Below are positions 1 to 8,520 of a stretch of DNA of 64,000 bases, one piece after another. How positions within the stretch are numbered: the stretch's first letter is position 1; each line of letters starts with the position of its first letter. The notes beneath the pieces are model-generated. The model saw only the letters and a list, made by a program, of their open reading frames with translations. It had not been told where the DNA came from and made no database searches. This stretch comes from Alphaproteobacteria bacterium GWF2_58_20 (GTDB lineage: Bacteria; Pseudomonadota; Alphaproteobacteria; UBA1247): contig MEMB01000007.1 of the NCBI GenBank assembly GCA_001768735.1, forward strand, positions 106,386 through 170,385. Direction: 5' to 3'. Made by a program: the position numbers and the translations under genes.

Positions 1-1
1 T

Positions 2-2128
2 GACGGTTCGGTTTATGCCGGCGTGCACCTGTCGGTGCCCATGTTTACGCAGCCTTGCGACGAAGGTCAGAGCCTTGTGGGCGGCGTCTGCACCGGAACG
101 CGGCTGTTCCTGCCTTATGGGGCTTATGGCATCATTGTTGGGGCCAGTTCGCTGGATGATGGTCTTTCCAACACCGAGCTGCTTATGGCCTATGATACCC
201 CGGCGGCCGACAGCTGCCGTTCCCATGGCGGGGGATGGTATTTGCCCGCGCGCAGCGAGGCTTATGCGCTTTATACAAATCGTACAGCTATTGGGGGTTT
301 CAGCACGTCCGAGTACTGGTCGTCTTCAGAGTATGCTTCTCCGCTAAATTATGCGTATGTCGTCAGTTTTTCTTCCGGATCCATCAATGGTGGTGATACC
401 AAGACCATCACCAACAATTATACCCGTTGCGTGCGCAAGGGCTGGCCATCCGGCATGCTGTCGGTGAGCGCTTCCTCCCCGTCAAAATTCATGAACCTTT
501 CAGATGGTGTACCCGTGAATGCAGACCTGATAGTAACGGTGGCCAATGTGGGCTTGCAGGGAACGGGAATCCTCTCCTCCACGCTTTCGGGCGATACCGC
601 CCATTTTATGGAGGTGGAAAACACCTGCAGGGGTATTGACCTTTTCCCCGGCTCCACCTGCAGCATTACCCTGCGTCCACAGGGCGTTTATGAAGGGCTG
701 ATCTATACCTATTCCGGCACCTTGCAAATCTCCGGATCGGCCGTGGCTTCGCGGAGCCTGGCCCTTTATGGGGAATCTTCCGGCACCTGGCGCGTGGCCT
801 GTTCCACCTCCAAGGTGCCGGGCTGCGAAGCGCCGGATGGTGCGGTTTATGCCGGCGTTTCCGACAGCGCGGACATGTATGTAAAGCCTTGTGATGAAGG
901 CATGACGTCCGGTGGCGGGTATGCTTGCTCCGGCACGCGCCTGAAATTCAGTAGTTTGCAGACTGCTGTCGTGACGGGAGCGTCTTCCAATACCGATGGT
1001 TTGGGGAATACCGACATTCGTGTGGGGCATGATGCGCCGGCGGCTGACCGCTGTCGGGCGCTGGGAGCGGGCTGGTACCTGCCCGCGCACAACGAGCTGC
1101 AAACGCTTTATGACAACCGGATCGCGCTGGGCGGGTTTGAGCTTTCCACGTCATCCCTGTATTACTGGAGCTCCACGGAATTTTTGTCCAGTTCATACAC
1201 ATGGATCCAGTTTTTCCAGAGTGGAGGGGCAACGTATACAACTTCCACAAATACGGCTCTGATGCGCTGCGCCCGCAAGGACTGGCCGTCGGCCATGCTG
1301 TCGGTTTCGGCCACGTCGGGCAATCCGACGACCATGAATGTGGTGGATGGTGTGGCATCGGGCGATGTGGTGTTTACGGTGCGTAATGTCGGGCCCGATG
1401 CAACAGGCGGCATTTCCAGCAGTATCGCCGGGGATACGGCCAATTTCACGGAAGTTGCGAATACCTGCACCAGTCTTGCGTCTGGCGCATCCTGCGCCAT
1501 CACCGTGCGGCCACAGGCGCCGGTCATCGGCCGCATGAACTACAGCGGCACCCTCAACGTATCGGCCAGCCCGGGCGGCACGCATGTGCGCCCCATGTCC
1601 GGCCTGAGCAGTAGTGATACCCGCGCGGAATGTGGGGATCCGCTGGTGATTGGCTGCCGCATGCCGGGGGGTGAGGTGTATGCGGGCCTGACGCCGGATG
1701 GCAACGTGCCCATGTATGTATCGCCCTGCGATGCCGGGCAGTCAGGCGCCGATTATGTCTGTGCGGGCACCCGTTCCACCCTGGCGTGGGGGCCGGCCGG
1801 TGTGGATATCGGCACGCTTGGGCAATATACGGGCAAGGCCAACACCGCAACGCTGGCGGCGCGGGCAGATGCGGCCAGCTATGTTGCCGCCTCCTATTGC
1901 GCCAATCTTGTAGCCCATGGGTATGACGATTGGTACCTGCCGGCGCGGTATGAGCTGGCCGCCTTGCAGACGAAGATGTACTTGATCGGCAATTTCGATA
2001 CGGGTTCCACCCGGTATTGGAGTTCCTCTACGTCGAGTACGTATTCTACAAATCTGCAGTTTAACAACGGGGATGGTTATAGCAGCCCCCGCACCGAGCT
2101 GAAATGGATCCGTTGCGCCCGCAAGTAG
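2..2128 (+). CDS. Large repeat surface/secreted protein, 5'-truncated by the window edge. Three DUF1566 (Legionella Lcl C-terminal-like) modules alternate with two Ig-like choice-of-anchor-D/ASH-type modules.
   Basis: The frame is open from nt 2 (DGSVYAGV... aligns with the internal repeat starts PDGAVYAGV and PGGEVYAGL), so the GTG at 23 is not the true start. There are three copies of the G(W/D)WYLPA..EL..LY ... YWSS motif. There are two copies of LSVSA.S......V.DG......V.NVG...G.......GDTA.F.EV.NTC......G.SC.IT.RPQ. Confidence 0.7.
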   Translation, partial: DGSVYAGVHLSVPMFTQPCDEGQSLVGGVCTGTRLFLPYGAYGIIVGASSLDDGLSNTELLMAYDTPAADSCRSHGGGWYLPARSEAYALYTNRTAIGGFSTSEYWSSSEYASPLNYAYVVSFSSGSINGGDTKTITNNYTRCVRKGWPSGMLSVSASSPSKFMNLSDGVPVNADLIVTVANVGLQGTGILSSTLSGDTAHFMEVENTCRGIDLFPGSTCSITLRPQGVYEGLIYTYSGTLQISGSAVASRSLALYGESSGTWRVACSTSKVPGCEAPDGAVYAGVSDSADMYVKPCDEGMTSGGGYACSGTRLKFSSLQTAVVTGASSNTDGLGNTDIRVGHDAPAADRCRALGAGWYLPAHNELQTLYDNRIALGGFELSTSSLYYWSSTEFLSSSYTWIQFFQSGGATYTTSTNTALMRCARKDWPSAMLSVSATSGNPTTMNVVDGVASGDVVFTVRNVGPDATGGISSSIAGDTANFTEVANTCTSLASGASCAITVRPQAPVIGRMNYSGTLNVSASPGGTHVRPMSGLSSSDTRAECGDPLVIGCRMPGGEVYAGLTPDGNVPMYVSPCDAGQSGADYVCAGTRSTLAWGPAGVDIGTLGQYTGKANTATLAARADAASYVAASYCANLVAHGYDDWYLPARYELAALQTKMYLIGNFDTGSTRYWSSSTSSTYSTNLQFNNGDGYSSPRTELKWIRCARK

Positions 2129-2155
2129 GCTGGAGCAGAAAGGGTTTGTGGCAAA

Positions 2156-2183
2156 GGGGGGGCGTTTCGCCCTCCCTTTTTTT
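2156..2183 (+). terminator. Rho-independent terminator after the repeat-protein gene
   Basis: GC-rich hairpin ggggggggcg-tttc-gccctccc followed by a T8 run. Confidence 0.6.
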
Positions 2184-2292
2184 GTGGGTGGGATGCCATG
2201 TCCGGGGAAGAAGTTTTTCCATCCGGCATGAACGGGCGGTGAGGTGGTGGCATGCCGCCACCGGGGCGGGTTCCGGACCGGAAGGGAAAAGC

Positions 2293-2686
2293 GCCAGACG
2301 GCCTGTAAGCCGGGTTTTGTCTTCGCTGCTTGCGCGGCGATGGATGACCATTCCTCTAGGATGCATGTTGCCATGCACCTCAAGCAACCTACCCGGACGG
2401 CACGCGGGAATGCGTGTGGATGCCTGTTTCACATCCGCCGTCCCTATTCGGTCTTGCTTCTGGCAGGGTTTGCCGTGCCACCTCCGTTACCGGAAGCGCG
2501 GTGCGCTCTTGCCGCACCCTTTCACCCTTGCCCGCAGACGCCTTTCGGCATGTACGGGCGGTTTGCTTTCTGTTGCACTGTCCCTGGGGTCGCCCCCGCC
2601 GGGCGTTACCCGGTACCATATTCCCGTGAAGCCCGGACTTTCCTCCCCGGCGCTTGCGCGTCGCGGCGGCCATCCGGCCATCTGGC
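2293..2686 (-). ncRNA. rnpB: RNase P RNA (bacterial type A)
   Basis: The reverse complement contains the universally conserved P4 element GGGGAGGAAAGTCCGGGCTTCAC (plus-strand ~2625-2647). It also contains the 3' element ACAAAACCCGGCTTACAGGCC. The terminal P1 pairing is GCCAGATGGCC (5') with GGCCGTCTGGC (3'). The length of ~394 nt is typical. ORFs predicted here on both strands have implausible composition. Confidence 0.9.
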
Positions 2687-2696
2687 AGGTTCGTTC

Positions 2697-3401
2697 CTAG
2701 CGGTTTTTTTCGATCAGCGCAAGCACCTGCCGCAGGCGGGCGATGGTTTTTTCGTCCGGCTTTCCTGAACGGTGTCCTGGCAGGAAGTGTTGCTGGAAAG
2801 CCAGAAGGATGGTTTCCGAAGATTCTTCCACATAGCCGTAACCGATGGCCGCCAGCAGGCGGCAGGCCTCTTCCGCAGGATCCGGTACGGAGATGGTAAA
2901 TGTTTCTTCCTCTGGCCACAGGCCGGTTCCGGCCTTTGCCAGGCGGGCCCAGTCAAACCATTTTCCAGGGTCCTGCTTGCGCAGGGGCGCCACATCGGAA
3001 TGTCCCAGCACGCGGCCTTTGGAGATGGCATGGCGGGCGATGATGTTCCGCGCCAGTTCTTCCAGCGTCGCCATCTGCACTTCCGGGAAAGGTTGGTTGC
3101 CGGAATTGTCCAGCTCGATGCCGATGGATCTTGAATTGATGTCGGATTCCCCAAGCCAGCAGGAGATTCCGGCATGCCATGCGCGCCGTGATTCGTCCAC
3201 CATCTGGAAGATTCGCCCGTCCTTGCCAATGAGGTAATGGGCGCTGGCCTCTGCGGATGGATCGCACATCCGCGCGAGGGCGGATGTGGCGTCGGGCATG
3301 TTGGTGTAATGCAAAACCAACATGTCGATACCCGTTTTCCGTGCATTGTGATTGGGTGACGGATGGGGGATGACAGGCGAATGGGTTTTTGCTACAAGCA
3401 T
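2697..3401 (-). CDS. N-acetylmuramoyl-L-alanine amidase (AmpD/AmiD-type amidase_2) with a C-terminal peptidoglycan-binding domain
   Basis: Contains SPNHNAR...IDMLVLHYTNM...SAHYLIGKDGRIFQMVDESRRAWHAG.S.W......NSRSIGIEL.N, the classic amidase_2 signature. The C-terminus has a PG_binding-like segment, LLAAIGYGY...LLAFQQHF. Confidence 0.8.
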   Translation of the reverse strand: MLVAKTHSPVIPHPSPNHNARKTGIDMLVLHYTNMPDATSALARMCDPSAEASAHYLIGKDGRIFQMVDESRRAWHAGISCWLGESDINSRSIGIELDNSGNQPFPEVQMATLEELARNIIARHAISKGRVLGHSDVAPLRKQDPGKWFDWARLAKAGTGLWPEEETFTISVPDPAEEACRLLAAIGYGYVEESSETILLAFQQHFLPGHRSGKPDEKTIARLRQVLALIEKNR

Positions 3402-3434
3402 GAAAGGATTTTAAAACATTCAGGGGAAAAGTCC

Positions 3435-4298
3435 ATGAAAAAGCTTATGGCATGCGCATTTATGCTTCTTGGCCTTTCGGGCTGCGTGACGGATGGGGCG
3501 ACACCTGTCGGGCCAAGGCCGGAAACGGTGGAAATGCTGGTACGGCAGGGTGGCGAAGCCCGGTTCCTTGGCCGTGCCCATGGCATGGATGGCTGGCTGG
3601 TCAAGCTGGATGACAATGTGCGCGCCATGTATGTGGCGCCGGATGGCAAAGGTGTCGTGGTGGGCCTCCTGCATGATGGAAATGGTGAAAACCTGACCAT
3701 CCGCCAGATTGAAGCCCTGGCGCTGGCTGACAAGCTTGCCAAGGCGGCTGAAACCGAAACGGCAAGGGGCATTGCCAATGTGCTGCCTGCTGAAAAGGCC
3801 GTGGAAGGTACTGCCGTTGCGGCTCCGGTGGCCGATCCTGCGCAGGCAGCCTGGGAAGCGGCGGAAAATCTCACCTATGTTTCCATCGGGGCTGAGGGTG
3901 CGCCGGTGGTTTATGTGATGTTCGATCCGCGTTGTTCCTTCTGTTCCATGTATCTGGCCGACCTGCTGGAAGGCCCCATCAGTACCCAGAAGCTCAATGT
4001 GCGTCTGCTGCCTGTTTCGGTTCTGGGAGAAGACAGCGTACGCATGGTAGCGTCCATGCTGGGCGCGCCTGTTCCGGCAGAAGCCATTTTGCGGCATGCC
4101 ATTGGGCGGGGTGGGGAGCTTCCTGCACCAACGGAGGAAAACATGGCGGAAGTCCGTCATAATTCAGAGGTTCTTTCGTCTCTGGGGCTGCGCTCGACAC
4201 CACGAACCATCTACCGGACACCCGCAGGGGAATATGGGGTTGTTACCGGTGCGCCAAAGGACATGGCGGCATTTGTCGGGCTTGTCACCGGGCCATGA
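3435..4298 (+). CDS. DsbC/DsbG-like periplasmic thiol:disulfide isomerase lipoprotein; first gene of T4BSS block 1
   Basis: The start at 3435 is preceded by aggggaa. The lipobox is MKKLMACAFMLLGLSGC. A thioredoxin-fold CxxC motif lies in VVYVMFDPRCSFCSMY. The ATGA stop/start overlap with the next gene lies at 4295-4298. Confidence 0.65.
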   Translation: MKKLMACAFMLLGLSGCVTDGATPVGPRPETVEMLVRQGGEARFLGRAHGMDGWLVKLDDNVRAMYVAPDGKGVVVGLLHDGNGENLTIRQIEALALADKLAKAAETETARGIANVLPAEKAVEGTAVAAPVADPAQAAWEAAENLTYVSIGAEGAPVVYVMFDPRCSFCSMYLADLLEGPISTQKLNVRLLPVSVLGEDSVRMVASMLGAPVPAEAILRHAIGRGGELPAPTEENMAEVRHNSEVLSSLGLRSTPRTIYRTPAGEYGVVTGAPKDMAAFVGLVTGP

Positions 4299-5131
4299 CA
4301 GACCTTTTCCCTTCTCCAGAAGGTGGGGCTGAACACCAGCGTCTTGGTGCGCGGGTGGCAGCCTTCATGCGCATGGGCGCTCCCCTTTTGGTGGCTGCGG
4401 CAGATGCCCGGTTCTGGGGGGATGAAAGTCCGGCGCGCAGCCTGCAAGAGGAGGCTGCCCTGTTTTCGCGCATGCTGGAATCGGCAGTGACCATTGGCCG
4501 TGCGGCAGCGGAACGGATTGGTGCCTGGAACCGTCCGGGAGATGATTGGGCGCGCTGGACTCTGGCTTCGGCTGCGGCGGGCCTGGTGGCCGCCCATTAC
4601 AGGGCAACAGGGAAAGTCCTGGTTGCGTCGGAGGCGGGGCCCTATCTGGATGCGGTGGCCGAATCGGCGGGAATTGCCGGAGCGCGCGCGGATGCGCCGC
4701 CGGAACATGGGCCGGGAACCATGGATGTCCCCTTGTGGGTGGATATGGTCAGGGCCATGGGCCCGGTGGTGGCTGCCATTGCCCGCCATGCCTTTGCCCA
4801 GGATGAAGAGGCGTTGGCCGTGCGGGTGCTCACCCATTTGCGCAAGGGCACCGGGCGTGCGGTGGATAGGATTCTTGGGGATGCCCCGGATCCCGGGGGA
4901 CGGGCGACTGCGTTTTCTGCCATGATGACGCTGGCGGGCGAGCTTTATGCCGAGTGTCATTATTCGGAAATGGAACGCATCCTTGCCTTGCCGGAGGATG
5001 AGCGTCAGGCTTATGCCGATGCGGAAGGCGAAGAGGAATCGCTGGTCTCCGTATTCCGGGCTTTTGATGCGCGGCTGTCCATGGTGTTTGTCGTGGCGCA
5101 GGCCGTGCGGCAACAGGGAGGCCTGTCGTGA
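4295..5131 (+). CDS. Hypothetical Ala-rich protein with no recognisable motif, translationally coupled on both sides within the T4BSS operon
   Basis: ATGA overlap upstream (4295-4298) and GTGA overlap downstream (5128-5131). The composition is more protein-like than that of the antisense 300-aa ORF. No family was recognised. Confidence 0.5.
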   Translation: MTDLFPSPEGGAEHQRLGARVAAFMRMGAPLLVAAADARFWGDESPARSLQEEAALFSRMLESAVTIGRAAAERIGAWNRPGDDWARWTLASAAAGLVAAHYRATGKVLVASEAGPYLDAVAESAGIAGARADAPPEHGPGTMDVPLWVDMVRAMGPVVAAIARHAFAQDEEALAVRVLTHLRKGTGRAVDRILGDAPDPGGRATAFSAMMTLAGELYAECHYSEMERILALPEDERQAYADAEGEEESLVSVFRAFDARLSMVFVVAQAVRQQGGLS

Positions 5132-5610
5132 GCATTTCGGCAGCTTCGCAGATTTTTGCCAAATGCCTGCTGGTGGCAGCGCAAACCTATAATGTTCCGC
5201 CTGCCGTCCTGATGGGGATCCATTATGTCGAGGGCGGGAAAGTGGGGATGCAGACCGGGCCGAACGTCAATGGAACCTATGATCTTGGTCCCATGCAGGT
5301 GAACACCATCTGGTTGCCGAAGCTGATGCGGGAGTGGCGGGTTGACCGCAGGACGGCGCATGCCTGGGTGCGGGATGACGTCTGTACCAATGTCGGTGTG
5401 GCGGGCTGGATCCTGCGGCAGAAAATCAACGAAGAGGGGGGATCTCTCGCCCGGGGGATCGCTGCCTATCATTCCAAGACGGCGTGGCGGGGAAAAGCCT
5501 ATTTGAAAAAGGTTCTTTTGTCCATGTCCCGGCATGGCCTCATCCAGTTTGAAACCCGGAAAACGGTTCCGGTTATTCCGGCAAAGCGGCTGGAAGTGAG
5601 TGAAAGGTAA
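5128..5610 (+). CDS. Lytic transglycosylase (SLT domain; VirB1/TrbN-like specialised muramidase)
   Basis: Contains LMGIHYVEGG...GPMQVN...AAYHS, which fits the SLT catalytic Glu context and the downstream GPMQ(V/I)N and AYN/AYH motifs. Uses a GTG start overlapping the upstream stop. Confidence 0.7.
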   Translation: MSISAASQIFAKCLLVAAQTYNVPPAVLMGIHYVEGGKVGMQTGPNVNGTYDLGPMQVNTIWLPKLMREWRVDRRTAHAWVRDDVCTNVGVAGWILRQKINEEGGSLARGIAAYHSKTAWRGKAYLKKVLLSMSRHGLIQFETRKTVPVIPAKRLEVSER

Positions 5611-5711
5611 AAAAGGGGAGGGTTTTCTGTTGCATGTAGCCCCTTAATCTGCATAATATGTCACTGGTTTTTGGGTTTTTTCACGACAGGAACGGACGCA
5701 CAGGACAAACC

Positions 5712-6200
5712 ATGAAGCATCGTTCGCTCGTATATTCCATCGTGCCGCTTGCGGCACTTTTCCTTTCCGGGTGTGAGCTGCCTCCTCCGGTTGTCATCCC
5801 GCAGAATCCGGTGGAATCCCGGCTGGCGGATGCGGCTGGACGTGCGGCGGATGCCCTGCAGAAGCTGGCGGCTGTTGAGCAGGTCCGGAGTGGCGTGGTC
5901 GCAGAAGCGCCGGTGTCCAATGTTCCGCCGGAGCTGATGCAGCAGGTCAGCCTGACCTGGGTCGGCCCGATTGAGCCTGTGGTTCGCCGCATGGCGGAAC
6001 GCATTGGTTATGGGTTCGACGTTCTGGGCGTTGCCCCACCGGTTTCGGTGGTTGTTGATGTCAATGCCGTTCGCCGTCCAGCCATTCAGGTGTTCCGGGA
6101 TATCGGCCTGCAGGCTGGCACCCGGGCAGACCTGACCATTGATGCACAAAATCATGTTGTGGAGTTGCAGTATGCGCCGGTTTCTGGCTCGGACCGCTGA
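5712..6200 (+). CDS. dotD: DotD/TraH-family T4BSS outer-membrane lipoprotein
   Basis: Signal peptide and lipobox MKHRSLVYSIVPLAALFLSGC. The C-terminal N0/secretin-like domain reads LTWVGPIEPVVRRMAERIGYGFDVLG..P.....V.V......AIQVFRDIGLQAG.RADL.ID.....VELQY. It sits immediately upstream of the dotC and dotB homologues. Confidence 0.75.
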   Translation: MKHRSLVYSIVPLAALFLSGCELPPPVVIPQNPVESRLADAAGRAADALQKLAAVEQVRSGVVAEAPVSNVPPELMQQVSLTWVGPIEPVVRRMAERIGYGFDVLGVAPPVSVVVDVNAVRRPAIQVFRDIGLQAGTRADLTIDAQNHVVELQYAPVSGSDR

Positions 6201-6981
6201 GGCTCTGGCCTGCAGCTTCCTGCTGGTTTTGCCAGCCGTGGCTGCACAGCCTGTGCCGCTCTCTTCCCTGCAGGAAATTGAAGCGCCGGCAGGTCTTTCC
6301 GAGGAGCTGTCCGGCCTCCAAATCCGCAATGATGCCATTCGGGAAGCCGCCCTTTCCTACGGTGCCCGTGGCGGTCTTTCCGCCCGCACGTTTGAATTGA
6401 TGCTGGAGGTGGCCAAGTACGATACGGAGATGAGCCGGGTGTTTGATTTCCGGCAGCTGCTGGTTCCGGCTCCATCGGGAATGCTGATTGAACCGCCTGT
6501 CATTGATGAATCCCAGTATGCCCTCAAGGTTGCGCCGGAAGGCCAGGAAGCCGCTGTGGCCGATCGGGTGTTTGCGATTGACAAGCCTGCCCGCATTGTG
6601 TCCGCGCCGCGTGACTGGCGTTCCTATATTGAGCGGGAATGGGACATGGTGGAGCCGCCTGTTGCGGTTCTCTTGCCGCGGACGGACGAGGAACGGGCCA
6701 GTTGGCGCAAGTGGGTTTCTGAGGGCTGGAAAATGGGTTTCCAGCAGGCAGACGAGATTTTCCAGGCTGACCTGGACCGGTTGGTCAAGGATTATACCGG
6801 GATGGTGCGGTATCGCATGCTCTTGGCACAGGGCATGGTTTCCGCGCCTTATGCCATGCATCAGGACCGTGGCGTTACCGGCGGGGGCAAGGAAATGCGT
6901 GTGGGGGATCGCGCCATACGCATTACGGGCCCGTCACAGTTTGAACCGAGGGCGGAACGTTGGACACCGGCGGACAGGTAA
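6172..6981 (+). CDS. dotC: DotC/TraI-family T4BSS outer-membrane-associated protein
   Basis: N-terminal signal sequence. Contains IRNDAIREAALSYGARGGLSART...VFDFRQLL...PPVI, which matches my recollection of the DotC family. Its position between dotD and dotB reproduces the conserved dotD-dotC-dotB order. The start was chosen at MRRFLA and overlaps the dotD end. Confidence 0.7.
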   Translation: MRRFLARTAEALACSFLLVLPAVAAQPVPLSSLQEIEAPAGLSEELSGLQIRNDAIREAALSYGARGGLSARTFELMLEVAKYDTEMSRVFDFRQLLVPAPSGMLIEPPVIDESQYALKVAPEGQEAAVADRVFAIDKPARIVSAPRDWRSYIEREWDMVEPPVAVLLPRTDEERASWRKWVSEGWKMGFQQADEIFQADLDRLVKDYTGMVRYRMLLAQGMVSAPYAMHQDRGVTGGGKEMRVGDRAIRITGPSQFEPRAERWTPADR

Positions 6982-7031
6982 CAGAAACGCCGGATCCCGT
7001 TCCCGGGACATGGCCAGCTGAACCGCCCCGT

Positions 7032-8117
7032 ATGCGGGATGAAGATCTCGACGCCCTGCTTTACTGGTGTGTGAATGAACGGGCCTCGGACATCACCCTG
7101 CAAACCGACCGACCTGTTTATGTTGAAGTGGATGGCAAGCTCCGTCCTGCAACCGTTCGTCCGTTGGACGCGGCCGACCTTTCGGTGATGCTCAACCGTG
7201 TTTATGGTGCGGAAGCGCTGGCCAAGCTGGCTTCTGGTACCGACCTCGACCTTTCCTACGAAATCCGGCTGGACCGTAATACCCGTAGCCGTTTCCGCGT
7301 CAACATCACGGCCATTTTGAGCCGTGGGCGCGATTCGGTGCAGATCACCATGCGTGTCCTGCCCAGCATGCCCCCCAGAATGCAGGATCTTGGCATCGAG
7401 CAGGAAATCATTGACGCGTGGGCGCCGCGGCAAGGCCTTGTCCTGGTTACCGGGCCAACGGGCAGTGGCAAAACCACCCTTCTGGCGGCGGGCTGCCGCA
7501 TGCTGGTGGAGCGCGAACAGGGCTGCGGCAAGATGCTGACCTATGAAGCGCCGATCGAATATGTCTATGATGCGGTTACAGGCCCGCATAGCCTGGTGTC
7601 GCAAAGTGAAATTCCTCGCCATCTTCCCAGTTTTGCGGATGGGGTGCGCAACGCGCTGCGCCGGAAGCCGAACATTATCCTGGTGGGCGAATCGCGTGAC
7701 CGGGAAACCGTGGCGGCAGCCATCGAAGCCGGACAGACCGGGCATCTGGTGTATTCAACCGTTCATACCATCGGGGTGGCGGCCACCATGCGCCGAATGG
7801 TGTCGGTGTTTGAGCCGGACGAGCGTACCGAACGCGCCTTTGCCCTGTTGGAAACAATGCGGCTCATTGTCACCCAGGCCCTGGTACCAAAAGTGGGTGG
7901 CGGCCGCGTTGGTGTGCGAGAATGGATGGCGTTTGATGATTCCATCCGTGATCGGCTGTTTGACATTCCGATTGAACATTGGACCACGGAAATCCAGCGC
8001 CTTGTGCCTGACCGTGGCCGGAGCATGGCAGAATCGGCCAAGCGCCTGTTTGAGGCCGGGTTGATTGACAAACGCTGGTTCTTCCTGCTGTCGCAGGAAA
8101 CGGCAAGGGGGGGCTGA
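7032..8117 (+). CDS. dotB: DotB/TraJ T4BSS ATPase (PilT/VirB11-like secretion NTPase)
   Basis: Walker A in LVLVTGPTGSGKTTLL. Contains ILVGE.RD (Asp box) and TGHLV.ST.HT (His box). The N-terminus reads ASDITLQ...PVYVEVDG. The ATG at 7032 is preferred over the in-frame TTG at 6960, which overlaps dotC. Confidence 0.85.
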   Translation: MRDEDLDALLYWCVNERASDITLQTDRPVYVEVDGKLRPATVRPLDAADLSVMLNRVYGAEALAKLASGTDLDLSYEIRLDRNTRSRFRVNITAILSRGRDSVQITMRVLPSMPPRMQDLGIEQEIIDAWAPRQGLVLVTGPTGSGKTTLLAAGCRMLVEREQGCGKMLTYEAPIEYVYDAVTGPHSLVSQSEIPRHLPSFADGVRNALRRKPNIILVGESRDRETVAAAIEAGQTGHLVYSTVHTIGVAATMRRMVSVFEPDERTERAFALLETMRLIVTQALVPKVGGGRVGVREWMAFDDSIRDRLFDIPIEHWTTEIQRLVPDRGRSMAESAKRLFEAGLIDKRWFFLLSQETARGG

Positions 8118-8120
8118 TCC

Positions 8121-8396
8121 ATGTCGGCAGACCTTCATTGGCGCAACACCATGAAACCCGCCCGGTTTTTTGCCCTGGATGCGCGTGCGGCGGCACCGTT
8201 TTTTGTGGTTTTGCTGCATGCCCGCAACTGGACATTTGCCGTGGCGATCATTGTCATCATCGTGTTTGTGGTGGCCGAGCGTCGGGGCCTGACTTTTGAA
8301 GCGGCCATCCGGGCCTTGCGTAGCTGGATTGTGGGGAACCGTCGTCCAGCTGTTATTTTTACAGATAAACGGCGCATGACGGAGTATCTTTCCTGA
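8121..8396 (+). CDS. icmT: IcmT/TraK small T4BSS inner-membrane protein
   Basis: 91 aa. HWRNTMKPARFFALDARAAAPFFVVLLHARNWTFAVAI......V.ERRGLTF closely follows the IcmT pattern (HWRDS...PRFF.LDARAAFP...FLLH.R.WT...). It lies directly after dotB. Confidence 0.85.
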   Translation: MSADLHWRNTMKPARFFALDARAAAPFFVVLLHARNWTFAVAIIVIIVFVVAERRGLTFEAAIRALRSWIVGNRRPAVIFTDKRRMTEYLS

Positions 8397-8520
8397 TGTG
8401 GAAGAAACAGAAAGCCGTTGCATTGAGCGTGTTGAAAACGTATAACATGCAGTGAAGGTTGTGTGGCTGCATTCATTGTGTAGCTGCAGGGGAGTATCAA
8501 TCATGCAGGAAGTCAGGTTC

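Noticed and set aside
23-2128. GTG start at nt 23 for the DUF1566 repeat protein
   Set aside because: The frame is open to nt 2, and the residues before position 23 align with the beginning of the internal repeats. The gene is therefore truncated by the window edge rather than starting here.
2104-2919. Several 170-200-aa ORFs on both strands between the repeat-protein gene and the amidase gene
   Set aside because: The region is occupied by the RNase P RNA gene (conserved P4 and 3' elements found). The ORF translations are Arg/Pro/Cys-rich nonsense.
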